A stretch of DNA of 64,000 bases, from positions 11,470,001 to 11,534,000 of the forward strand of contig CP158636.1 of assembly GCA_050273025.1 (NCBI GenBank), written 5' to 3'. Below the pieces are notes generated by a model that was not told the origin of the DNA, searched no databases, and was given only the letters and a program-made list of their open reading frames with translations. Shown here one piece after another: positions 1-10,565 of the stretch (its first letter is position 1; the number at the start of each line of letters is the position of its first letter). This DNA comes from Cenococcum geophilum. Its lineage: Eukaryota. Position numbers and translations under genes: made by a program.

Positions 1-432
1 CTAGCTCCCTATGTTCGGTCAGATAACCAGGTTATGGCTTCATAGATAGCAATACTTCTAACCTTGTGGGAGATACAATAATTGCACCTACATGGTGCTT
101 TTTTATGGGTTCTTCGAGGCGGAGGAGTCTTTCAACAACAGGAATGAGGAATGCGAGAGTCTTGCCACTGCCAGTCACCGCCTTGGAGAAAAGTCATTAG
201 CTGCCCATGCACAAGCAAGCGTCTGAATTACCTCAACCACGACATCTTTGTGGCCCATGAACAGAGGGATAGTGCTAGCCTGCACCGGGGTCATTCGGGT
301 GAAGCCCATAGTAGAGACGGCATCAAGGATCCATTCCGAGAGTGAAGGCGTAAGTGCTTCCCAGGCCCTTGAGGCGCCTTTTGGAGGGTCTAATTTCGGC
401 TCCGGAGCCATGATAATTGGCGTATGAGGCAT
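1..432 (-). CDS. SPB4: DEAD-box rRNA helicase Spb4 (5' part; runs off window start)
   Basis: Q motif [25 protein letters not shown], intron ~229..176, then Walker [15 protein letters not shown]. Start may be the ATG at 432 or 411. Confidence 0.88.
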
Positions 433-1091
433 ACATAGCTTTTTCGTAGTGTTGCACCGAGAAATAAATTTCTTATCGGATCGCTATCAGCACGTGGGCG
501 CCTCGAAAAGCCCGATGTCTGTGCCTGGGGGCCTCGGGCTTGGCGGCGAGGGATGCTCTGAGACCATTCCCCTCCACAAAGCTTTTATTAAAAAAATTCG
601 ATTTTATCAGAAACATTACCTCTCTCTCACCTGTATATTCGCAAATTTGTCTAGTTTTGCTTACTAACTGGGCCCCGGCCAAGACGGAGAACGTGGCACG
701 CGCGGTCCGGAGTGGCAGGCATAAAAAAATCGCCAGCCCAAGTCCAAGTTCATCATCACCCGCGTGGCCTCTCCCTTCACCACCCGCACCACCCACCACA
801 AGGGGCGCTCTCCTCTCCACCTCCACTGTGGCCAATACTCTTTCAATAGACGATGCTGCACAACACGCTTCATCGTCCCTGACTCTGGCTCCCTCGCTCC
901 CAATAAGTCGTTCGACATTTGACGCATCAGATGCATCCACTGTTGTAATCAATTTACAAGGCGCAGAATCATCTGTCGACCACAGCCTCCTCTCCCACGT
1001 CGCGTACTTCTGTTCGCGTGCGCGCTGCACACTTACTGGCTTCATCCGAACCCCTCCTCTCCCCTCCTTCACCGACTGCTGGCGGCAAGCC

Positions 1092-2318
1092 ATGGCTTCC
1101 TCAGCCCAGTACGAAATACCGCGCACACCAAGAGTAATATCGCCCTCACCCACACCCTCAGAGACCGGCTCCAGAGATGGCTACTTTGGTCCCGTCACCC
1201 GGTCCGCTGCTCGCGCGAACCGGCGCGTAACTTCCCCGCCCCCGATCAGTGAGGATAGCTCGGGTTCAGACCCGGAGAAGCGTGCGCGAGCGCGGAGCAG
1301 GAGTCCAATACTCGAGGGTAGGAGGAGGCGCATGAGCGGGTTGACCGCTATGAACTCGAAATCAGGAACAGCTTCCAAGGCAGCCGGCAAAAAAGCAAAT
1401 TTGAGTCTTACAAACAGCACCATAAATGGCCATCTTTCCCCCGCAGCTGCAAACAAGAATTACTGGCGGGAAATGAGCCGGAGCCCTAGCCCGCTTGGTT
1501 TAATCCCGATCCACCAGAAATGGCGGTCTTTCGTACGTGCACCCCGCCTTATTCCTCATATGAACGATAACTGATAAGAAATATAGATTCACCGCCATGA
1601 AATTCCCCGCAAGATCCTCCATGTCTCCATCGGCTTCCTAACGATATATTTATACTGCACTGGCACGCAAACGTCTCAAATTCATCCAGTGCTCTTTGCT
1701 CTCCTCGTTCCGATTGCGGCAACCGATGTCATCCGGCATCGGTACCCCTCAGTCAATCGCTTCTACATCCGATGCTTAGGCGCTTTCATGCGTGAATCCG
1801 AAGTTGATGGTTGGAACGGCGTAATTTCGTACCTTCTTGGTGCATGGATCGTCCTGCGTTTCGTCCCAAAAGATGTTGGCGTTATGAGCGTCCTCCTCCT
1901 CAGTTGGTGCGACACTGCAGCCTCGACTTTTGGGAGACTCTGGGGCCACCGCACATGGCGTGTGAGGCGCGGAAAGAGCTTAGCAGGCAGCATTGCTGCG
2001 TTAATCACTGGCGTAATCACTGCTGGTCTTTTCTGGGGATGGCTCGCACCACTTATGCCTACAAGCTACGATAGCGGACCTAATGTATTTGCCTTCCAGG
2101 GAATGCTGACACTGCCCACTCAAGTCCGTGGGCTCCTTGGCTGGTCAGAAGTGCAGAGTTCCATCACAGGCGTTGTTGCCCTCGGTACCATGAGCCTCTG
2201 GGCCGGAATCGTGGCCAGCGCAAGCGAGGCAATCGACTTCTTTGGCTGGGACGACAACCTCACTATTCCAGTTCTTTGCAGCGCCGGACTCTGGGGTTTC
2301 TTGAAGATATTTGGGTAG
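1092..2318 (+). CDS. DGK1: CTP-dependent diacylglycerol kinase (cytidylyltransferase family), 2 exons
   Basis: Intron 1533..1586 (GTACGT...TAG) joins WRSF to IHRHEIPRKILHVSIGF. Motifs MRESE..GWNGVISYLLG, LLLSWCDTAASTFGR, KSLAGS, DDNLTIP. Confidence 0.92.
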
Positions 2319-4765
2319 ATCCCTACTGGACTTTTCGTTTCCATTCTCGGACAGAGTTTCATTAAGATTTTGATCGGATCGCCATTTCCACTATTGTTTC
2401 TTTTGTAAAAATCGGCGTTGGTGAGATGGGACGAGCTCATGTGTGGGGATTGGGGAATGGACAGGCTGGCGGGACGGGGACGGGCTTAGATTATTATTCT
2501 ATCCTCACTTGCATGGTTATGTAGGCAGGGGACTGTTCCTTGGTATTCACTGTACGAATAGTTGATGGGTTTTCGTGAACGGCAGGTCGCCTTGCATATT
2601 AGCGCAGGAGACAAATATACTTCTAATCCGCCTACCGTCCAACCCATCGAATCAGTGATTATTCGAATTTTAATGAGCAGAGATGGTACACTACGGTGAT
2701 TATCAGACCCTTTGTCTAGCCTGGGGTCTTACGTTATTTGCTTGGACCACTATATGCCCGTCTACAACAAAACTATTTGGCCAAATAATCAGCTTGTAAT
2801 AGGCCGAGGCCTAGCTATTTCGTGCCTTCTTCCCGTCCCGAAAACAATACATATCGCGGGAGATATTCATTCAAATTGTGTGAAACAAGCACAGATAAAA
2901 TAGCGGAAGGGTTTCTGACTGAGCTTCTAGCAACAAGACGTAAATAATGGAGACTTCCACGCCACAGTGCCCTGGTGATAATCTCCACAAGCTGACAAGG
3001 TAGACTACAAAGATTGGAAACCATGTTTGGTTCAAAGATTTAGAGAAGTTCGAGTGCATTGGCTTTCGTGCCGACGAATTGAGATGCATTTGATCAGGCT
3101 GACAGTTTTAGTCGTTTGTGTAAGTAATTATGTACACCATGGGTGAGCACCGTAGCTTTAGTGTTTAACGAGAGGATACCTTCCATATGTCACAAGCCGA
3201 GATATCTTCCCGCTATCCAATAGGAATTATGACTCTTCCACAGTGTAGATCTGGATGGCTATGCACTGGAAAAGGGTCTTTTATTAATGTAATAAAGGCC
3301 TCCTATGATATAGTTAATCAGTACTTTCACGCTCATCATAAGTGGTCCTGCCTGTAGTGCGGATGTGTTCCGCTGCTTAAACTATTTGCTTCCAGATAGA
3401 ATAAAAGAAATAGGGTCCAAGGGCAAGCATCTTGTCTTGAACATAGTACTAGCCGGCCTTCCTCCATAATTTCTACCGTCAAAATTCAAAATATCTTAAC
3501 AGAGGTTTAACTAAGAGAGAGTCTGTCCCAAAAAAATTGAGATACAGCTCAAGGGGAAAGGTAAGACCGCCAGAAATGGGGTATATCATCGCCCAATCTA
3601 CAAAGCTCAATAAGATGCAGACCTACAGCGTTAGCCTAAGAGTAGTCATGGAAGCTGCTAATCAGATAGCCATGTAACCAATGATCGGATTGGAGCAATT
3701 TGGATAGGTTGTGGATATTCTTGAGCTATTTTAGACGGAAGAGACTAGCAGTATCAAAAATACGCATTACAAAAATGGAATTACAGCACAACTCTGCTTC
3801 ACCTTGAGAGTGTTCTGTCTGAGGCTTGGTGGGAGGTTAGTGTCTGGAGGTGAGACCTCGCTTGAGCAATGGGCCCTCCTAAATTGCGTAGTTGATTACA
3901 GGCTACTGTATTCCGTGCTACATGGGTAAATTAGACTCTAGACACCAGCTTAGTTTCACATCTGCTAGGTCGATATGGGTTTAAAGATACACTCGCCGCC
4001 ATGTGTTCGATTTTTAAGCGCTTTCCTTTCATTCTGTGCCAATGTATTCCCCTTGACGACGTAGCCATGAAAGTGATACTCCTATATTGAAAGTGATAAT
4101 GAACCTAGTGGGCCAAATCTGAATGGCGTCTAAGATCGTATGCTATATATCCCACCGTATGTCAGGCATTCTGTACCGGAGTTTAGTCCTGATTTGATAG
4201 AGCTACCGTCACTGTGCAGGAGTAATATCCATGCTAGGCGTACAGTCGCCTTCCGAGACGATACTTAATCCGATGGTAGGGAGATGAAGCCCTAAAAAGC
4301 AGAACGAAAGTCAGCGTTGAACTGATTAGGGGTCTGAGGGCCGCTTCAATTCCTCTACATAGAGACGAACCCGCAAATGATGGGGTATCAGAGGAATTGG
4401 TAAGATATTCTCATTTACTATCAACAGACACAGTAGCTGACAAAATTTCCTGTCTTGCGACAATTATTCTCATTCATATAAAGCGTCGTAAGTCCATCTC
4501 TCCTGGAGCACGACCAGCATGCGTATCCAATCTTGCCATGATTTCCAAATGTAAACCACAAAGTCCTACCTCACATGATATTCGTAAAGTGAGAATTGAG
4601 AATCCAATCTCCTCCACAGAATTAGCATACATCAAACAACATTCAAGGGTATCAGGTGCAGTGCGAACGCTCATCATATCCAACATCAACACCGACACCG
4701 TCTCTGGAAATGCCATTACCAAACAACCAAAGCCCAACTCCAAATGCAATCTGATCCCTACAAAC

Positions 4766-6292
4766 TTATTCTTCCCAAGGGAAATCGCGCTCATCGATCT
4801 TCGTGCAAGTTAAATACGGCAATCCGCCCCCGCTCCCCAAATCGAGTTCAAGAAAGTTACGCATGAGCGGCTTAACTACATCTCGCGCTAAGTTTTTAAG
4901 CTCGTCCATACGTCTCTCAAACCGCCTAAGATTGTCTCTGGTGTAGTTCTCCGGATTTATTCTTAAAAACCGCTTGAGCTCATCATGCTGCAAATACGAA
5001 GAGCCACCGGTACCCAGCAGCCGGAAAATCCGGCCTGTGTTCATCGTCATAGGTGGAGGTGGCGGAGGTGCTCCAGTGCTGTTCCTCGCCGGACTTTTCA
5101 AGATTGGCGCTGGAGGCGGAGTGGTGTTTTCTGCAAGCCACTGTCTAAACAAGGACATTGCCATCCAGTCGAGCCAGTTGTTGCTGGGTGTGACGCGCTC
5201 GCCTCGCGACGTGGTCAATGTGAGGCGGAAGAGTTTGCCTTCGATCTTCGACTTCAGCTCTTCAAGCTCGTCAACTTTGTCTTCGATAAGCTCCATGACC
5301 GATTCAGGGGTTTGACCACGAAGTTGATTGACCCCAGCAGGCCATTGCCCAACGACATGGATAAGAGCTTCAGAGAAGATAACTTTGCTGCGCGCTAGAA
5401 AACCAAGCTTCAGATAGCTTGGAGGGTACTTTGCGATCTGCTTGAACAGACGGCCTTGAAATCGTAAAAGGTGATGATCTACACGCGGTCCTATCACCTC
5501 TAGCGCATCGTACATATCAGCAAGCTGTAGCAAACTCTTACATTCCACGTAGGCGTTGGCAATATTTATGGGATCTAGAGCGGGTGGGTAATTATAGAAG
5601 ACGCGGAACAGGTTATCGTAGTCTCGAAAGATGTCGTCCAAAGGGTCTTGGGATGTTTGGGGAATATTCAATGCCGAGAAGTTTGCCATGGAACGGAAGA
5701 AACCTGTTTGTGGTGTTGCTGGCTTGTTACGCACCGGTGGAGGTCCTTGCCCAGCGTCACCACCAAACAACGTGGTTGCTTCCTGAAAACAGTTAGATCT
5801 TCGGTCTGGGGCAAACCTCTCTAAAATCTGCAAGAAAACAAAGCGCATACTCACTTTCTGAATCAACATTGGAATTTCTTCCTCGCCCTGGCCCCAGTCT
5901 AGCTCATATCGCCACCTTTTATTATGCAGCTGGCTTCCACTTTCTGATATTCTGCCTAGGGTAGGCGGACTTTGGCTCTGCCCAGCACTTTCTGCTTGCG
6001 CCCTCGACCACTCTTCGCTCGTTCCTGCCTCAAAGAACCCCGAACATTGCGCTAATATCAGCCTGTGCAGTAGGTAGCGTTGTTCCTTCCTCCCCGATGC
6101 AATGACAATCTCGACGTCGCCTGTGTGCGTGAATACAGGAAACTCGTTTTGAGGCTGGTACGAAGATCCGCCAAAGTGCGATCGGTGCGGACGATGTCGT
6201 CGGACTGTTGAAGCGCGAGATGAAGCGACTGATGGCGGACGACGGATCGCAAGAGAACGCTCTGCGCCCCCCGAATCGGGGTAGGAAACCAT
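4766..6292 (-). CDS. Conserved fungal protein with BTB/POZ-like N-terminal region
   Basis: GDVEIVI...YLLHRLILAQCSGFF is BTB-like. In-frame 72-nt intron 5854..5783 (GTGAGT...CTAAC...CAG). Likely start MVSYP at 6292. Confidence 0.75.
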   Translation of the reverse strand: MVSYPDSGGAERSLAIRRPPSVASSRASTVRRHRPHRSHFGGSSYQPQNEFPVFTHTGDVEIVIASGRKEQRYLLHRLILAQCSGFFEAGTSEEWSRAQAESAGQSQSPPTLGRISESGSQLHNKRWRYELDWGQGEEEIPMLIQKVSMRFVFLQILERFAPDRRSNCFQEATTLFGGDAGQGPPPVRNKPATPQTGFFRSMANFSALNIPQTSQDPLDDIFRDYDNLFRVFYNYPPALDPINIANAYVECKSLLQLADMYDALEVIGPRVDHHLLRFQGRLFKQIAKYPPSYLKLGFLARSKVIFSEALIHVVGQWPAGVNQLRGQTPESVMELIEDKVDELEELKSKIEGKLFRLTLTTSRGERVTPSNNWLDWMAMSLFRQWLAENTTPPPAPILKSPARNSTGAPPPPPPMTMNTGRIFRLLGTGGSSYLQHDELKRFLRINPENYTRDNLRRFERRMDELKNLARDVVKPLMRNFLELDLGSGGGLPYLTCTKIDERDFPWEE

Positions 6293-7241
6293 TCGAGCCT
6301 CCGCAGAAGATTGAATGATTGCGGATGTGTTGATGCGTTGATGCGTTGACGGAGTCACAGCGAGCAATGGTAGATAACCGGCGGTGCGATTCGAGCAAGC
6401 CTGCGTTCTCGCGCGCAGAGAGCCCTTTTTCGAATGGCTAATTTTCGCGGTGGGAGGATTGAAGGAGGGCGCGTCGACAGGACAACAGCGTGCTGCGTGC
6501 TGTGTTGTTCGAAGGTCGACCTGCAGCTGTTCTGCAGGACCGTTAACTGGGATGTTGGGAGCTGGGTTCGCCCGACTCAGACCCGTATCGCACCCCGCAG
6601 CAACGAAGAGACTAAAAGCGGCCTCGTATCGATTAACTCGCTGCGGGTCGACTTTGAGGTCGAGGGACGGGAGAGAGTGTTTCAAGTGTTTCAAGGTCTG
6701 CGCAAAGAGGCAGAAGATGTGGGTTCCCTCGTTGCCCGTTGCCCTCCGCAGCTTGCAGCTTGGTCGCGCTTATGATGGTTGCTGGTTGGGTCTAGCCGTG
6801 GCCAATGGCCGCGTGTAGCCGCGCCAAGCTCAAAATCAGCCGGCGATGGCGAATAACTTCACGCCCTACACGGTCATGGGGATTGGCGGTCATTCGCGCA
6901 TACATGCAGGTTCAAAAAAAGGGTGGGCAAGCCGTGAGCCTCGCTAGGAAAGCCTGCTATGTATGGCTACAAATAGCATCCTTATGTCCCTCCAGATTTG
7001 AGGCCTAACTCATCCAATATCCAATAACAGGGCTTTGCAGTGCGTGTAACACGATACCAGTCTGAGGTTCGCTAGAGAACGGTTGGCGAGCATAGACCGA
7101 CTGCATATCTCAGGACAAGCCCAACCATTAGACTTGAAGCAGGTTTATATCTAATGGAGATCTCATGAGAATCCCAAGACATTACGCATTGAAAAAATTA
7201 TTAAGACCGAATCTTTTTTTCTTTCTAGAGAATATCCAGGC

Positions 7242-8783
7242 TTATTTCTTTCTCTGGATTTTCTCCATTCCTCCCATCCATAGTCGCAGAACCTGTGGAA
7301 TTGTGACCGACAGTTCGTCCTCATTCCAATGATTCTCCAAAATAGCAGCTAGCACTCTCGGTACAGCAAGCGCTGTTCCATTCAGAGTGTACGGAAATTC
7401 CAACCTACGACCAGCCTTCTCAAGGCGGGCTCTCGTGTGGAGTCTGCGGCTCTGGTAGTCTGTACACACCGAGGTTGAAGTGACCTCACCCCATCCCTCA
7501 TCTTTCTCATAGCGTGATGGGAAATATGCTTCGATATCGCGTTTTCTTGTAGCGCTTGCTCCAAGATCCGTAGTAGGCATTTCGAGAATGCGGCAGTGTA
7601 GGCCCAGTGATTGAAGTATTTCGGACTGGATTGACAGCATCTCTTCGAACAGACTTTCGGAATTGTGAGCACTAGAGGCAGCGAAACCCCCGTATTCAGA
7701 ATGATCAGGCAATATCCACGCAAACATCTCTACTTTGGTGAATTCGTGGACTCGGTATAGTCCTTTCGTATCCACACCACGTGCTCCAGCTTCCGCACGG
7801 TAACATCTGCTTACCCCAACAGCCTTCAACGGTAATTCGACATCTTCTATGATTTGATTGGCCTTCATTCCAGCAAGGGGTATTTCTGCAGTTCCAGCCA
7901 AGGCGAGGGATGGCTTCGATTTGTCCTTCTCCGCCTGTTCTAGTGTATATATTTGCTGCTCGCCATTTCGATCCCGGGGCTGAAACCCACAAGCAGCTGA
8001 TATGTGGGAATAGACTATAGAAGGCGGTGACACGGTCATCCAGCCTCTCTTTCTTGCAACGCTTAGCGCATACTGTACTAGAGCTTGCTCGAGCATTGCT
8101 CCCTCATTCAACAAATAGTACCAACCCCATCCAGATGTAGAAGCTGCACCTGCAAAATCAAGTAAACCGAGCTCCGACCCTATGTGTACGTGTGATCGCC
8201 AGACACGGTCCGACGAGTCCGGTTCTGGTTCTGGGTGTTCGTTAATGTAGCCGACGATTTCAGGTGTATCACCGACTGGAGTATGTGTGCTGCTGAGATT
8301 CGGCAGATCCTGCGCCAAGTTCTCCATCTCTTCCTCTAGTGCCGCCTCCTGTTGCTCGATGACATTGAGCTCGGCTTTCAACACTTTAGCCTCGCTAAGC
8401 ATTGTCGTTTTATCCATAGTAGGCTGTATGTCGCCTTCCGCATCGCCACTTCGCGATGCTGCATTTGCTAACTTTCGCCGTAGCGCGTTGTTCCGTTCTC
8501 GAAGACCCCTGGCGCTGCGCTGGAGAGCTTGCCGTTGATCGAACAGCTCAATGATCTTCCATGGTGCTTTACTTTGGGCTTTGTAGTTGCGATCGACACA
8601 GTTTTGGGAGTAGAGGCCTGGGTTCTGCCGGATATGTTTGATATCGATTACTGGCTTGGGAGCTGACGATGGTCTGATATAATTTCTTCGGTATGGGGTT
8701 TTGACAGGTCCGAGGTCAGCGACCCGTAGGACCCGTAGCCGACAAGACGAGCAATTGAAGAACGATCCAGTGTGGGGTTTCAT
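7242..8783 (-). CDS. DIA4: Mitochondrial seryl-tRNA synthetase (Dia4-like)
   Basis: Class II aaRS motifs LAGTAEIPL, SRCYRAEAG..GLYRVHEFTKVEMF, TDYQSRRL, TLNGTALAVPR; basic N-terminal presequence. Confidence 0.88.
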   Translation of the reverse strand: MKPHTGSFFNCSSCRLRVLRVADLGPVKTPYRRNYIRPSSAPKPVIDIKHIRQNPGLYSQNCVDRNYKAQSKAPWKIIELFDQRQALQRSARGLRERNNALRRKLANAASRSGDAEGDIQPTMDKTTMLSEAKVLKAELNVIEQQEAALEEEMENLAQDLPNLSSTHTPVGDTPEIVGYINEHPEPEPDSSDRVWRSHVHIGSELGLLDFAGAASTSGWGWYYLLNEGAMLEQALVQYALSVARKRGWMTVSPPSIVYSHISAACGFQPRDRNGEQQIYTLEQAEKDKSKPSLALAGTAEIPLAGMKANQIIEDVELPLKAVGVSRCYRAEAGARGVDTKGLYRVHEFTKVEMFAWILPDHSEYGGFAASSAHNSESLFEEMLSIQSEILQSLGLHCRILEMPTTDLGASATRKRDIEAYFPSRYEKDEGWGEVTSTSVCTDYQSRRLHTRARLEKAGRRLEFPYTLNGTALAVPRVLAAILENHWNEDELSVTIPQVLRLWMGGMEKIQRKK

Positions 8784-9000
8784 TGTAACCCAGTTAGTCT
8801 TCCTAAGAAAGGGTTGCGAGTGCAAGGTGAAGGTATTTGCAATGTATGATGAGTTCCGGAACTTTCATAGCGACAAGCTTTGCCAAGTCAATCCACCCGA
8901 TGCCCTGGGACCCCTGCTGCACGCGTCGCCACACGTTTGGCGCGTAACTACCTATGCGACCATCATCAATCCTCTCTTCATTCCTTCGACTCAGTAAAAC

Positions 9001-10152
9001 ATGCCCTCCGGTACATCCAAACGCTGCGCTGATTGGGATCCACTGCCTCCACCTGCAAAAGCCGCCCGTCGGATTATCTCTGATACCCCCGTTTCCTCTC
9101 GAAAACACGTTCACAAGCCGTGGAAACCGATTGTCAAGCATCGGAATCACCCAGACTGCGGTGTGGGCAGGAATTTTCATTCGGTTCCCTACCCACTTAC
9201 TCTTCTTACCTATGGTTCATGGCATACTCTTCATAACCGACCCGACCCAAATATCAGCCACCAATTTCGATGCCCGCAATGCAGGAAAGATCGAGGGACA
9301 CCATCTCCACATGCACACAAACTTTTCCTCGTCGCAGAACGACTTTCATGGGAAGATGATACTATTTCCACCCTTGAAAGAAACCAGAATGAGGAGTTAA
9401 ATTGGGAAGTAAATTACCAATTGGGAATTCTTGAACCTACTATGGAGGATCCGGACCAAGTCCCTGGTGGGAAAAATAGCAGGGCCAATAAGTGGTACCC
9501 CTATGATAATCAGTTTGAAGTGGTTGCCGCAATGAAGCTTGTGGAAAAAGCCACCTCCCTGACAGAAGGTTCTTGGCGAGCGTGGGTGGATATGGTTGAT
9601 TATCTGCCTAGTGAGCCTGACGAACTCCTAGGAAGCCATCGCGGTGGCCTTGGAGAAATTGTCGATCTCTTGCCTAAGGATCAATGCTTCAAAGGAAGAG
9701 ATGTCAATACTCCTTCATCAACACCGAGGCGTATCTCGGAGAAATCACATGGTATCGCGTCCCATGATCTGGAGAACATCAGTCCTTCTCTTCTTCCAAC
9801 TCCACCTTCATCATCGCCTATGTTTGCACAAGAAAAAGAGCCATTAAATACACCAATGACCCCTTTACCCACTACTAAAGAGGCGACTTTTGATTTTTCG
9901 AGAAACCATGATTGTGTAGTGGTGGAAACTCAGCGGACTGAAAGGAAGTGCGAAGGTGCATCTCGAGAACGTCAAAGTAAAATATATAGCACCTTGCAAG
10001 ATTTCTATTCTCTTCTCGACAAAATTGAGAGGACATCGTTTGTAGGAGCACTGTTCTTGGAGGCATATGCGGAATACCTACATGATGATCTCTGTGGGGA
10101 TTGTTGGTTCAAGCATAACATCGTTTTAGATGAGGGCTCTGTTATTGCTTGA
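9001..10152 (+). CDS. Hypothetical protein (383 aa) with Cys/His clusters
   Basis: Long ATG ORF divergent from SerRS; FRCPQC and LCGDC motifs; no family recognised. Confidence 0.6.
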   Translation: MPSGTSKRCADWDPLPPPAKAARRIISDTPVSSRKHVHKPWKPIVKHRNHPDCGVGRNFHSVPYPLTLLTYGSWHTLHNRPDPNISHQFRCPQCRKDRGTPSPHAHKLFLVAERLSWEDDTISTLERNQNEELNWEVNYQLGILEPTMEDPDQVPGGKNSRANKWYPYDNQFEVVAAMKLVEKATSLTEGSWRAWVDMVDYLPSEPDELLGSHRGGLGEIVDLLPKDQCFKGRDVNTPSSTPRRISEKSHGIASHDLENISPSLLPTPPSSSPMFAQEKEPLNTPMTPLPTTKEATFDFSRNHDCVVVETQRTERKCEGASRERQSKIYSTLQDFYSLLDKIERTSFVGALFLEAYAEYLHDDLCGDCWFKHNIVLDEGSVIA

Positions 10153-10565
10153 AGCCCTTCTCGTCCCTAGAGATATTAATTATGAACGTGTCTTGTCCCC
10201 TTAGGTATGAATTCTTCCATAGTTAGACGATTTATTTGATAACCTTTCTCGTAGTGCGTCTTACATTGGCAAAGTCAAAGCTTTCAGCGTTACACTCTTG
10301 GAAGGTGTGCGGCTAATTCCAAGTTTTCTGTATTATTTACTATATTTTTTCTAAAAGTCTGCACTTTCTGTGCAGGAGCCTTTGCAACAGATACTAGTAC
10401 TTTCCAAATTTGCTCTCACGCGTATTCTCGGCTCTTGGCACCCACGCAAGCGACACTTCCCCCCCGCCCTCCTTTCCTCTTCGCAGTAAGAGAGGTACAA
10501 CGCGGTGCGATTCAGCAGTAAAGAATCTATCAAATTAACTTCACCACAACCAAAGATCACCCAGC

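Noticed and set aside
540..1091. N-terminal ORF extension of DGK1 and antisense ORF 473-1153
   Set aside because: Non-ATG start and UTR/promoter-like composition; ATG 1092 fits better.
2700..4400. Possible decayed coding sequence
   Set aside because: Frequent stops and no recognisable motif.
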